DNA from: Lingula anatina | Taxonomy: Eukaryota > Animalia > Brachiopoda | Length of the DNA: 64,000 nucleotides | NCBI GenBank assembly: GCA_051362555.1 | Contig: CM120647.1 | Coordinates: 18,266,651-18,330,650 of the forward strand | Direction: 5' to 3' | Shown here: in pieces, positions 1 to 12,274 of the stretch | Position numbering within the stretch: the first letter of the stretch is position 1 | How the letters are laid out: every line of letters starts with the position of its first letter | Program-made: the position numbers and the translations under genes | Notes under the pieces: generated by a model | What the model saw: only the letters and a program-made list of their open reading frames with translations | The model's database searches: none | Told to the model about the DNA's origin: nothing

Positions 1-108
1 TCAGGAAAAACGTAGCCTAAATTGATAGTATGGAAGACAAGCCTGGCTTAGAGATGGTTGACCATTTCTTTAAAACAATCTTTTTCAATGCAACTTAAGT
101 GTAACTTA

Positions 109-291
109 GGGCGTATTCCTAGACATTTAGATCTATCTATCCCCGTGGGGAGTCTCACTAGATTACTGTCAAATAATCTGGCTTAAATGTTCGTCCCGCC
201 TACTACAAGCTGTAAGGGGGTAATTAAATTTCGTGCCAGCTCGGCTGACAGCTATTTTGTTTGGATCGATCTAATCTCTGGGAATGGGGTC
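109..291 (+). mobile_element. Tourist/PIF-Harbinger-like MITE family A, copy 1 (diverged, internal deletion)
   Basis: TTA on both flanks (106-108, 292-294). Imperfect TIRs (..TTCCTAGACATTTAGATCTATCTA / GGATCGATCTAATCTCTGGGAATGGGGTC). Body matches copies at 13840, 15047, 23448 and 52252. Confidence 0.8.
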
Positions 292-601
292 TTATTAGTA
301 AACACCTCTTGCTGAACCAAAAGAAGTCACGCTACGTGATGAAAAAATTTTAAAAAGATGAAATTATAGAACAGGTAATACACAGCGGTATAGTTTAACA
401 TAGTTTTTTTTTCTTTTTTATTCATGTTCTTGATGGACTAATGTCACAGACGTGCTAGAAAGGCTGGGAATATGATCACGACGTCAGTTTATCTATAGCT
501 GGCTGGCCGTGATCGCAAACGATATATGCAACGGTGCTCTTCACGCTATCAAGACTCGTATATAATCTCAGGCGCTGAGTAGAATACAGAAAAGCTAGTA
601 A

Positions 602-710
602 TTACACGAGTATGTTTGAAACAAGGAGGAGGCGTGGTAATATCTTAATCTGATTGCAGTAAGCTAGAGTCCCCGCGGAGTTGGATCGATTTACGCAGAA
701 CGACATCTTA
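602..710 (-). mobile_element. Fragment of dispersed repeat family B (MITE-like)
   Basis: Reverse complement (GATCCAACTCCGCGGGGACT..TGCAATCAGAT..CGCCTCCTCC) resembles ~6950-7035 and ~46700-46890. The last copy has inverted ends CCAACTCCTCGAGG / CCCCGCGGAGTTG. Confidence 0.5.
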
Positions 711-1461
711 ATTGGACTGACAAACTGTAAATTTCGACGGGCCACTATCTTTGTTAGTGAAGACATGAAATTACTAAACTTATGTAAGGCATATTTTAGG
801 CTTTTCAGATTGGCAGGTGCTGCCACGAGTGCAGAGCGCGGCGGTTTTGTTTTAATTGTACTTTTCAAACTGCCTATGACGTACATACAACCAGTGCTGT
901 CACGTACCTGACCTTAACTTAACACTATCACTTATAATCTCGGCTGTAATGACGGTAATATATCAATATAACCCGACCAAAATTGATGCACGCACAACTT
1001 CTTTATATCAAAACCCTACTGATTCCACAATACCGCGTTCAATGCACTTCAATAAACTCTCTAGAACGTGAAAGATGATATTCCGGCATTCTTCAATAAA
1101 ACCCCTAATATCTCACCGACTGAAGAACTGAAATAAAAACCCGAGTCTAGCGTTCAGTCGTTTGTCATTAGCTGACATGAAGACACGCTAACACAATAAC
1201 CCATACACTATGGCTGGTGTTTTTGTTGAGTTCCTTGTTTGGTGAAATTAACGTAAGCAACATAGAAACTGTAGTTCTTACAAATAAGGAGAGAGTAGTT
1301 AAATAAATGTCGATCTAGGTTTTATCACAAAGTGAAAATTGAGTTTTGAGTATCTAGGAATACTGCTAAATTGCAGTGGGAAATTTCTATCCAGGCCAAA
1401 AGCTCCGACAAAACAGGGCAGAGTAGAACACCTGCTTGGAATAAGTGTTATATAGGAGTAA

Positions 1462-1464
<3 letters not shown>

Positions 1465-1527
<63 letters not shown>
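1465..1527. repeat. (TA)n microsatellite
   Basis: Pure AT dinucleotide run; similar runs at ~6599-6667, ~51281-51354 and ~53394-53446. Confidence 0.95.
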
Positions 1528-1530
<3 letters not shown>

Positions 1531-2122
1531 TGCTTGAATGTTGAAATAGTACTCTAGGTATCTTTTTTATACACGCACGTTTGTGTTGCCGATATTCCTA
1601 ACCGGGAGTGGAGTCTCCTTGTTTCATGTAAATCGCAAGATTTTCTAAGAAATTGAATCTACATATTGTAAGTCCATACTGGCGGTTAGATTGACTTCAA
1701 GGGCTACTGCCACTAAAATACAGAGTGTTTCAAGATGTAGTCATTCACTGACTAACCCTCTGTCTAACAGTTATTTTTGTTCTTAAAAATATGTTTTCTT
1801 TTAGTTAAATACTTTTCTTTTATGCTATGACATTTTATTAACATTCAAATGTTGTTTCAGGCAATAGATACCTTGATCAATTCAAAATGTATGAGTAATG
1901 GGTAGTCAAAGAATATGTATATTTTAAGACACCCTCTACTACCCGTTGCGGAGCATTGTACATGTGAAAACTGGGTTGAAACCAATTGTAACTAGAAGGA
2001 TTCTGTCATTTATTAAGCCGGGAAGAAAGGCGACACTGCATCTAGGTTGGCAATAAGAGAGGGAGAAAAAAAACACAGAGAAAGGGATTTGGTTTTATTT
2101 GTGAAATATTGGATTGGGCCTA

Positions 2123-3085
2123 CCTTGGCCCACAGGAGCCTACGCGTGTGTCTTTTAGGCTTCGTTCACATGCAATGTCTATTTTCTATTTTCTATTTTC
2201 GGTATGTCTTATGATCACGGTCTGTGCACTTAATATCCCGCCGCGTAATTACTGGCAGCGCGAGCCAGTTACTTATAGTAACTTATAGTAACTGGCTCGC
2301 GCTGCCAGTAATTACGCCGCGGGATATTTAGTGCACAGACCGTGATCATAAGACATACCGAAAATAGAAAATAGAAAATAGACATTGCTTGTGAACGAAG
2401 CCTTAGACGCCCCTTTACATGCGAAAACGACATGCACCGTGTCTATTTCGTATGTTATTAATCCCTATAGCAGCGGAATTGACACGGCCTATGCCGCGTT
2501 CGTCTTTTACTACAGAGCTTTGAGACCCGAAAATGGCATAGCTGAGTCTGTTTCGCCACTAACTTAACTGCATAGATGCGAGATTAACACAACCCATGTC
2601 GCGTTCGTCTCTTTGAGCTTGAAATGGCTATGTTATGACACTCGAAATTCACAGTCATGTCTTGTTCGTCATTCATTGAGGCCGATAGATGCGAAATTGA
2701 CCAGACCCACGCTGCATTTGTCTTATATTGTGCATCTTATAAAACACGAAATTGACATATAGTCATGCTTATTTCATAACTTGCTGGCTCCCTTAGATGT
2801 AAGATTGCCTTTAATACCATTTGAAGCTCAAAGATCCACAGTAAGAGACGAACGCGACATTTGTCTTGTCAATCTCGCATCTATGGCGTTCAGCTTGTGG
2901 CGAAACAGACTCAGCCATGTCATTTTTGGGGCTCAAAGCTCTGTAGTAAAAGACGAACGCGGCATAGGCCGTGTCAATTCCGCTGCTATAGGGATTAATA
3001 ACATACGAAATAGACACGGTGCATGTCGTTTTCGCATGTAAAGGGGCGTCTAAAAGACGCACGCGTAGGCTCCTATGGGCCAAGG
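2123..3085. mobile_element. Foldback DNA element with ~270-bp TIRs and internal sub-repeats, TA-flanked
   Basis: Left arm (2123-~2630, interrupted by a MITE) is the reverse complement of the right arm (~2815-3085). TA at 2121-2122 and 3086-3087. Explains the mirror ORFs 2385+ and 2811-. Confidence 0.85.
2158..2402. mobile_element. 245-bp near-perfect palindromic MITE (family C), TTA TSD
   Basis: GGCTTCGTTCAC...GTGAACGAAGCC; self-complementary over almost its whole length. TTA at 2155-2157 and 2403-2405. Second copy at 52649-52895. Confidence 0.92.
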
Positions 3086-3290
3086 TATGGGCCTCGCAGA
3101 ACACAACTGTATTTTAAGGGATATGCTTATGACACAGTCTCAATCCTTTCTTCCTGTAATGGGATTTCGTATCTGAGCCTTGAGGGCAAACAACCGTTGG
3201 ATCTGGAACACTGGTCTTGATATACCAAAACGTGGTGGATGAAAAACATTTTCCAAAAGATTTTGAGAAACGTTTAGAGAATAGGCTTAA

Positions 3291-3607
3291 AGGGATAACA
3301 ACTCTTCATATGAGATCCATATTTCACAATATACACATTGTAAACAACTCATAGAAATATAATATATTCTATTTTACCTCAAAAACGACAGTTATAGCAA
3401 TAAATCTGAAATATATGCCATCCGACCACGTGACTTCCATAGATGGGTATACTCTGTAATAATCTCTTAAGAGATTAATACAAAAAAAAGCAAACTTTTT
3501 AGAAAAAAAGCCAGGGACTTACTTTGAATGTAGAAATGGATTCATTAATCATAGTTAAGTATGGGAATATTGCTGTTTACCCCAGAAAAATTCATTTTTT
3601 GGCAAAA
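3291..3607 (+). mobile_element. Kolobok/T2-type MITE (family D), truncated older copy
   Basis: TTAA|AGGGATAACAACTCTTC start; colinear with the full copies at 40131-40468 and 52960-53296. Confidence 0.75.
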
Positions 3608-4375
3608 TCTTTGGCCAATTTAATAACCCTTCAATGAGCAAAAAGTCATCGAAATGCTTAGGGAATAGGCTTATGTCAATTAACAAAATTCAGAAATTCG
3701 TTCAATGACCAAAAAGCCATCGAAATGATTTTTATGCAGATACTTGACAGACGTTAATGACTTGCAATACGACTTACGAAAACATAAGACAAATAATACA
3801 TAAATTGATATGTAATTAAGAATGTGAGACCAAAATCCCACGCTCAAAAGGATTCACAGAGCACTAAAAGGCACTAGAAATTGTGATGCAAAAATGTGAG
3901 AGGGTGAATTCCATTTTGACTTTATTTTCCCTTTTCATAACTCATAAAAATAAAGTAAAACGAGCTATTGGGAAAATACCCCTTTTTTAATTATACATCA
4001 GTATATCAATTGTGTAAAACTCATGATTCAAGAGAGAATGGGGTTTTGGACGTTTTTTTATTTTTATTTATTTTTTTTTTTTTAATACAGGCCTATAAAT
4101 TATAAGTTTATCAGTCATGTTAAATATTGTAGGAAAGATTCTTCATCATAAATCTTATATCTATTATCATGTATACACATATACACACATGTGTGACGGT
4201 GTTAATTATAATGTAAGCTTATCCCTCAACACTACCAGGGCCGTATCGTGATTTCCCTATACTGTAAAGTGACTAGATGGGATGGCAAGGAAAACCACTA
4301 CCACCATTTCAATATTGACAAATGTACGCCAGCATAAGTTACAATATGCTCTTGGTCTTACAGTGCATCACTTAC

Positions 4376-4377
<2 letters not shown>

Positions 4378-4422
<45 letters not shown>
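4378..4422. repeat. (GA)n microsatellite
   Basis: Pure GA run; it produces the spurious ERERER ORF 4282-4608. Confidence 0.95.
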
Positions 4423-4427
<5 letters not shown>

Positions 4428-4644
4428 GGGGGGAATGAGAGGATTGGATGAAGAGAGAGAAAATAAAGAGAGATGTAAAGAAAGAGAGGGAGCTCGAAAG
4501 GACAGGATGAAGAGAGACAGAGAGGGTTTGTTAGAGAATAAGTGTAGGGTTGAAGTTAGATTGGAGAATGAGGGTAAAAAAGAGAAAGACTACAGAATAC
4601 ACGTTTAAATTATAAATATAGCGACGGACATGCTCAAAACTTAC

Positions 4645-5069
4645 CTGATCTCTAGATGCCTGTCCACGCTCATCAGACACATACTGCAGAGAGAGACGGC
4701 AAAACTGACGGTCAGAGCCGTCGCGGTGACGTCACACATCACTTTCCCATAGGGCCACGTGTTGGTGAGGGTGGTTTCCACGCCAAAGGGCATCACTGCG
4801 ATTCCCTGAAGAAAGTCAGCCACCGTCATGGATACCATGAACACTCCTTGTGGATACTCGCGGACCTTCTTACGCATACAGAACACCGTCAGCATAAATA
4901 AATTGGCCGAAATGACCAAAATGACCAGTATGACTTTGAGTGTCATGACGAAATAAGCAACGGGCAGGGGCAGAACGTAGCGTGTAATTATAGAACCATT
5001 AATCGCGATCTCGAGCTCGCTCTTTTCGTCAAGAACCTCTGCCATAATGGCAGAGTCGTTCGCCCACAT
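4645..5069 (-). CDS. Class A (rhodopsin-like) GPCR, first coding exon (N-terminus to end of TM3); remaining exons not found in window
   Basis: N-glycosylation sequons NDS/NGS, TM1 'ISANLF' (N1.50), TM2 'SMTVADFLQG' (D2.50), ECL1 WPYG, C3.25 and 'SVDRH'. The frame ends at a phase-2 donor AG|GTAAGT at 4645/4644. Confidence 0.9.
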
Positions 5070-6166
5070 CTCGAGCTTGGGTTTCCTCTCAAGCGTAAGC
5101 TTCTTCAGACTAACCCCTCTTTCTCTGTGTCATGTTCTACTGTCAGTGTCGACAAGTGCACAGAATTTAAGGGACTTGCAGTTAATCCTATCGTCTGTTT
5201 CCATGCCAACGTAATGACCTCTAAAACTGACCTTTCGATAGTCCACTAATAGTGATGCCTTATATGAGAAAACGATGCTTTTCCTTGACAATGATATTTT
5301 TTTTGCCTGATGTGAAATGTATACTCGATCCAAAACCGCTGAGACAAATACGATCAATATATGTGAACCTAGTAGCAAAGTGAACAAAACAGATTAAAGG
5401 TATGTTGAACGGGATTTTCGCCCAAAATCTAACTTTCCTTTTTAAAAAAGTCATTTTCTTCCCACTCATGACTCATATGGTCTTGATAGACCCGGCTGAG
5501 CACTTGAAGTAGTAATGTATTATTACGTAACTTGGTTCTAAACAAATCATACTTCCTGGAGATTGATGGTGTCTTCTTGACATTGAAGAAGGAAATTTGG
5601 ACACAGAGTATTTTTTAAATCCATTTTTAATTTCTGAATTTGAAAGATAACTAGGTAGCTTTGCAGGATAGTCACTTTAGACCTACAACATTTTATTTTG
5701 GATATTTACTAACGCATGTAGGATGGCTTTAGTAGGGTTAGTCGATACATGAACGACAAGGTTATTATTATAAGGATGAGCTCATTTTTAAGAATAATTG
5801 CATAAATACAAAACATATATGAAAACGTCTTTTATTTTATCACCTCTGTTTTTTATCAATGTGGATAACAAAAAGAGGTCGTTGTGAGTGAGAATATGTT
5901 GGAATAAACATTCGTCTGAAAAACAAAATATATTTTAGAAATACATGCATTATTTTTGTCAATTCATACTTATTCACACTTGTACTGGAACGAAGCCGGA
6001 AATCTCCAACACAAATCCTGAAGCAATACATACAACTTCGACCCTCATGAAATTAAATCTACATGCAAGGCAAGGAAATCAGAGATGTGTTAATAGAATT
6101 AGTCACGACCTTCGGCTCTTTTTCAAATCGATAGGTGCATTTATACTTCTGCAATACAACTGTACC

Positions 6167-6438
6167 GACATTCAAAGTTAGTCCATGTTTTTTGTTTTTT
6201 TTGTTTTTTTGTTTTTTTTTTTCTAAAAATGTTGTTTTTTATAACAATCTCTTAAGTGATTATTAAGAAAGTATAGCCATCTATGAAGGTGCACGCGGCC
6301 TAATGACAAGCATCAGACTCTGGAATAAATGAAATAACCGCTGTTTTGGTGGTACGATGGAATTTATTCCATTTCTGTGAGTTGCTTACAATGTATTTAT
6401 TGTGAAATATGAATCTCATACGAACAATTGTTATCCCT
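6167..6438 (-). mobile_element. Kolobok/T2-type MITE (family D), degenerate partial copy
   Basis: ACATTCAAAGTTAGTCC..CTCTTAAG..TTGTGAAATA..TTATCCCT matches the 40131-40468 copy. Confidence 0.65.
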
Positions 6439-6596
6439 CTAATCTCACAGAAGGACGCGAATTGGCGGAGAATCTAATCACCAAGGAACATATGCCGGAC
6501 TGTGAGAAAACCGCATATACAGTGCATCAATCTTAGATAGACGATCCGCGACCTTTTCTATTCAACACTCCCACACACACCACTCGTCCGTGTCAA

Positions 6597-6668
<72 letters not shown>

Positions 6669-8436
6669 TCGGGGTTGATACATGTCTCTTGTTTTTTATT
6701 TATTTATTAATTTTAATTATACATATATATATGCTGATAAGTTAAGTATAAATGTTATGTTCTAGTGTGAATGTCACCTTCAGGCTTTTTGGGTGTCACA
6801 AGAGAGACTTGCTTACACTTTGTTAAATCCATCTAGAAGAATGGCCGGTCAATCGCGTTCCATGCACTTCTCACCTCTGTTAATTGTCCTTCTATATCTT
6901 TTTTGTGTTTAGATTAGATATGGGACCGTTCACGCTGAATTTTAACTACTGCGCACCAACTCCACATGAACTTTCGCTGAATGCAATCAGATGAACAGAC
7001 TTACACGCTTCCTCTTGTACTCGTACTCGTATAATCACCAACTTTTCTATAGGGTACTAAACGCCAGGGGGATATCTGGTCTTAACTACGGGTGACACTT
7101 TATTTATAAAACTAACGGTAACGGGAATCGAAAGAAAAAATGAATAGGAATACATTCGCGACATTGGTCTAATGTCATGCATTAGAAAACATTAGAGCCA
7201 GACCAGGTAGGCGAGAACGCCAACTCACAGTTTGCCACAGGGATAATATGACCAGGCTTCCTTTGAATTATGTATTATAAATTGAATATATGTTATGTAC
7301 AACTTTAACCCTAGGGGATGCAATCTCTCTTAATAATAATAATAATAATTATTATTATTATTATTATTAATACGGGGCCTTATGATTCCATCGACATATC
7401 AACGCTGAAAGCATTCTAACGTAACGTTAACGGCTACACTCAGGATGCAACCAAGGGCGGCATGAAATTATAGCGCATATAAAACACATCGCCGTTCGAT
7501 TCATACTACATTTTTCAATCTAGCATTCGCCTTCTTCTCTCTCTACAGCTTGATCTGATCCTCAGCGGAATGGCCTCCCAGGACAACATTTGCAATGCAG
7601 CCAGAAATTTTTACTCTAGAGTGTGGAGAGAGAGAGAGATAAAGAGAATTGGATGAACCTCTAGAAGATTCACGTCTTCCAAGGTGATCCCCTGTCGCCT
7701 ATTATAGTCTTGCTCGTCTGCCTTTAACCGCGTTAGACAAAATTACCAACTGTATATTTATAATAGGATCTCTGTAGTACATTGTCTTCTACTCAGAGGA
7801 GAAATATGCAACAGTTGATAAAGTATAGTTATAAATATAAAAGGCAGTAGATAAAGTAGAGTTGTATTTATAAAGCGAGCGGCTCTTCACTGTTTACAAA
7901 TATTATCTACATTGAAAATTTAAACTAACAAAAAGGAAATAAAAGCTAAAAAAAAAAAGCATAAATCGACCACAGTATTCTTCAAATATAAAGTCTTTTT
8001 AAGAGTTATGTCTCGAAAAATTGAAAATAATAGAGCACTTCTTGAAACCCAGTCAAATCCTTAGACGGATATGATTTTAATAAAAGCGGACATGGTGTTA
8101 ATACAACCACACCATTTGATACCGCTTTGAGAATCCCTTCACTTCCAAGACGCGGAAACACTATAGGAAATAATTAATATGATTACATAACCCAAGTCAT
8201 GAACTGGTGTGCAATTTCATAATCAAAGGGTATTTATTTTAAAAATAGAAACCTAATCTAATGTGACAATTAAGTCTTTTCCAAGAACTGTGTTTCAAGC
8301 AAAATATCCACTGTTCTGCGTAATTTTCCAAACCCACTTTGTGCCTCGTTTAGTTGTTATTGCCATTAATCTTCCCCACGTTGTTAATTAACCTGATATA
8401 TTATATTCTGGTTTAAGAAAAATGAAACCGTCGATA

Positions 8437-9361
8437 GCAGATGAATATCTCGTTCTTTTCCTTCCCTTTCCTCTGTATATTCGGTTGATTAAACTATTGC
8501 GCAAAATTTAAGGAAATGTTCAGATTTTTAATATCATTTAAAAAAAGCTAAAATAAACATGGCGCAACAGCCAATTTACCTCCTATAAATAATTGTGGTG
8601 TTTTAAAACCCATCGAATTGGCCATTATGTAGCATTTGAAGGAATATCTGAATTGTCACCTCATATAGTGATAAACTACTTTTTTTGCTTTAACTTTGCC
8701 CCCCCCCCCTCCCCCCCGCCGCGCACACACACACACACAGGCAAATTTACACTCCTCTACTTTGATGTTCTAATTTATTAAAATGTTTTTCTCAATGGTC
8801 GTAACAAATAGATCATTTTAATGCCTTTTTCATATCAGTACTTCTCAACCTATTTTTAAGGTGCTTAAACATTTTAATATTGCTTTGATAACAACACCCG
8901 CCTATTACCTAATACAAAGCCCCGTTGCCGTGGTAATAGTATAAATAATTGTTTGTTCCAACTTACAGAGCAGCAAAACAACATGGTCCACACAGGGTAA
9001 AAACAACATCGATTTCAGACGGACAACGCTGACGTCTACATACATTTTACACGTCTAAACGCCCACGGTATTTCACACCAATCCAACACCTTGCAGATAT
9101 AACTGAATAGCTTTGAAATTAATTGGAACTGCATATATAAGCTGTGATCTTCTTATATTTATTAGCACGTGCTCGTTTCTTGCATTTTTACCTTGCTTTT
9201 TTACCGGTTGGCGTTGCGTTAGTATGTATTTCAAAATTAATTAATGCTGTTGTCAGCAGACGAATATCTCAGTGTTTTCCCTCCACTTTCCTGTATATAT
9301 TGGGTTGATTAAACTATTGCGCCAAGTTTAAGGAAATATTCAGTTTTTTTATATCATTTAA
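8437..9361 (+). repeat. Local ~105-bp direct duplication (8437-8541 and 9255-9361)
   Basis: AGCAGA(T/C)GAATATCTC..GGTTGATTAAACTATTGCGC..TTAAGGAAAT..ATATCATTTAA is present twice. Confidence 0.75.
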
Positions 9362-10644
9362 TCAGGTTTGTGCAAAGTGCAAAGTGCTCGGTAAAGCTGA
9401 TAAACGTGTTATGAGATCCAGAAATGGAGTTTTTTTCTTTCGTCAGAACTTATGCAAACTAGCTGGACTTGACTGTGAATTTCATGTTTTAGCCGCAAAT
9501 ATTCTTTGGTTTTCAAGAAGAATAGATAAGCAGCATAGCTAAAAGTTAAGCACTTGTTCACATTTGCTAAATCGTGAGGGAACTGTCATAACATGTTAAG
9601 TATTGCCAACAAGGCAAGGGCAAAGTTACGTATCACTCATCAGAACATGGGCAAATTACTGTAGATATGAAATTGGGGGTCACACGCACGCTCTTTAGCT
9701 TGCTTGCAAAACGATTTATTAAGTATTATTAGATCTACTTTTTGCAATTTCCTCTACATCATGAACCACTAGAATCTTGATGAATTATGAAAATGCATTA
9801 AACATGGATCTTATAATAGAATGGTCGACGAAATGCAATGAGCATTGCTTAAGTCCGCTAAATTCAGTGAAATGTGCCAAAAATGATCATTAATTAGGTG
9901 ATTCTTTGATTGATGATTTGATTTTTCGGTCCATTTAAGCCCTAAATGTTTATGATTTTACTGAAAACTCGCTTGAAAAAAGTTTATACATCTGTCAATT
10001 AAGAGACAACTACTCAATGATAATAAGTCTATCAACGTCGTTCCCTTTTTAATTTTTTTTTTAATATTTCAAATATGTTTTTATCGGCAGTGTTTGGCAG
10101 ATCGTCCTTTAATAGACATTGCATATATATACATGTAGTGAAAAATTATGTCACGTCACTTGAGAAGGATATATATTTGTCGCACAAGTCGGGGATTGTA
10201 GGTCCGATAAATAAAAATTTAGGGCTGCTGAATTACAAAAATTTGCAATTTGCACATTTGGTCCGACCAGATTTATTTGATGATGTCCTTTTATTTATAT
10301 TACAAAAATTAAATGCACACGTTAAAAAAATTAAGCATCTTGGCTTTAAAACTTCTGGTTGTAAATTTGACCTACTTATTTCCCTTCGGTCCGTAAAACA
10401 CAGTAGCTGAGAAGAAAATATCTGTGCAAATGTCATATTTAGGAGAGATGATTTAAGGAAACTCTATGCTATGGCCCATTAAACAACGTGTAGTGGGTCT
10501 TAGCTCTGTCGGATTTATAAAAATATCCTTTTTGGAACTATTTGGCGGCATTTGGTCAGATTTAGCGGTGACAGTTGGACAAGTGCACTCATATGTCTGT
10601 AACCGCAATGAATAACCTTATAGTCTAAAATTTAAATTGTTCTT

Positions 10645-10920
10645 CACAAATCACAGTTTCAATTCAGCCTTGGTGTGAAATCCATTTTTAGGATTTTATT
10701 TCATCTGCATATGAACTTGAATCTTACACACCTTTTCATAGATTTCATTTAGCCTTTGTGTGAGCTCACTTTCAGATTTAAATTTCACCTCGATATGAAC
10801 TTGTAGTTTACATATTTTCTCTTGGTTTAATTTAATCTTGGTGTGAACTCATTGTTAGGGTTATATTTAATCTCGATGTGAGCTTGTACCTAACACATCT
10901 TTTCATAGGTTTAATCTTGA
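10645..10920. repeat. Degenerate ~84-bp tandem repeat (~3 units)
   Basis: The unit ACACA(C/T)CTTTTCATAG..GGTGTGA..CTCGAT(A/G)TGAACTTG recurs at ~10726, ~10810 and ~10893. Confidence 0.65.
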
Positions 10921-11434
10921 TGTCATCAAGTCGCTTTCATACACAAATCTTTTAAGACGATTATTATAATTAATGAAGTCTTGACTTCGCTGTGATGTTC
11001 GCGTATCTTTACAAAAGGTTCATTTCAGGTTGTAATCCAAACTTGCCCCCTACGCGGACCACACACAGATTGGTTTTTCTCGAAATAGCCAAGGCTATTT
11101 AAGTGCGCTTTTATGTTACGCATCAATTTGTGCTTAGAATTGGGTTCACCTGTTAGAAAATAAGTAAGGATTAAGTGAGGATTAAACATATTTCATAAAT
11201 AAGTGCTAATGTGAAGAGTTTTTAGGCCGAGTTATTCTTTGGACACCTTTCTTCAAGTGCAATATCAGAATATCGGGGCGGGTGGGCGGGCGGGCGCGCG
11301 GGGGGTGGGGGGGGGAGGGGAGGGGCAGCATAGAGGTCACCCCGAGGTTTTGGAAGTACCTCAAACCACCCACCAAAACAAAACACCAGACATATAAACA
11401 TTTATTAAATAAATTATCACATACTTCGTACATA

Positions 11435-12274
11435 CCCTCTACCAGAGCGACAGGTTGATTTTCCACAGATATTCACAGACATGTCTATAGGATTAATAGC
11501 AGGGATGCTAGTGGGGTCCGGAAAGAAAACCTGAACTTTTTTTTTGGCAAAGACGGGGGGGGGGGGGGGGGGGGGTACAAATTGATTATGAAACAATTAC
11601 TATATTTCAAATTTTATTTAATAAATATATTGCAATATATGTCATCACAACTTCATGGTAATTTTCAACAGTTGTTTCCAAGGATAATCTTGACATTGAC
11701 AAGATGGAAGTGCCATCAGTACATAAACACCTACCACCCATAGTAGACAGTAATGATCCCTCACGTAAGCTTGATAATCACCAGCATGATAATGATAGTC
11801 ACTAAATGTTAATCCCTTTCATTTATCATTTTCAAAGATTGGTAATGGCTAATATCGTCTGTTCCCCTCTCCGCGAAATCCATTTAGTTTGGTTTAGTTC
11901 AAAATTTCGCGCACGCGGTGTCAAAACTTTCCACATGGGTGCCGACATTAAAGCCTACAAAAAGCCAACCAATCAAGCGCCATAAATAAATCACGTGCTA
12001 CGGTTGTGACTAGATATTGTGTTGAAACGCAGCTCTGTCGCAATGGTTGAAATGCGACGTTCCTCTGACGCATCGTTCGTCCAGTCCGCGACCACGTTAA
12101 AAACGAGAATTCCGGAACAAAATATAGTACCAGAAAATTTTATAACTGGACGCAAAAAACCGGAATTCCGGTAAAAACCGGAAGACTAGCATCCCTGTTA
12201 ATAGACGGTCATTTTGGTCTGATGATCGCCTCAGCAAATATGTCCATAATAATAAATGCGGCCCTGGTAGATGG
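11435..12274. mobile_element. Small TA-flanked MITE (TIR CCCTCTACCAG), split by a 698-bp insertion
   Basis: TA|CCCTCTACCAGAGC ... GCCCTGGTAGATGG|TA; an uninterrupted relative lies at 53942-54066. Confidence 0.7.
11500..12197. mobile_element. Non-autonomous DNA transposon, 13-bp TIR CAGGGATGCTAGT, 7-bp TSD TTAATAG (hAT- or P-like)
   Basis: Perfect TIRs. TTAATAG at 11493-11499 and 12198-12204. Subterminal CCGGA motifs. Confidence 0.85.

Noticed and set aside
602-911. ORFs 602-886(-) and 681-911(+) as possible downstream GPCR exons
   Set aside because: No TM4-7 motifs and no phase-2 acceptor giving a plausible continuation; they overlap a repeat.
4282-4608. ERERER-rich 108-aa ORF
   Set aside because: Produced by a (GA)n microsatellite in the GPCR intron.
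10645-10920. 84-bp period suggesting a C2H2 zinc-finger array
   Set aside because: No CxxC/HxxxH or TGEKP pattern in the minus-strand frames I translated, and stops are present.
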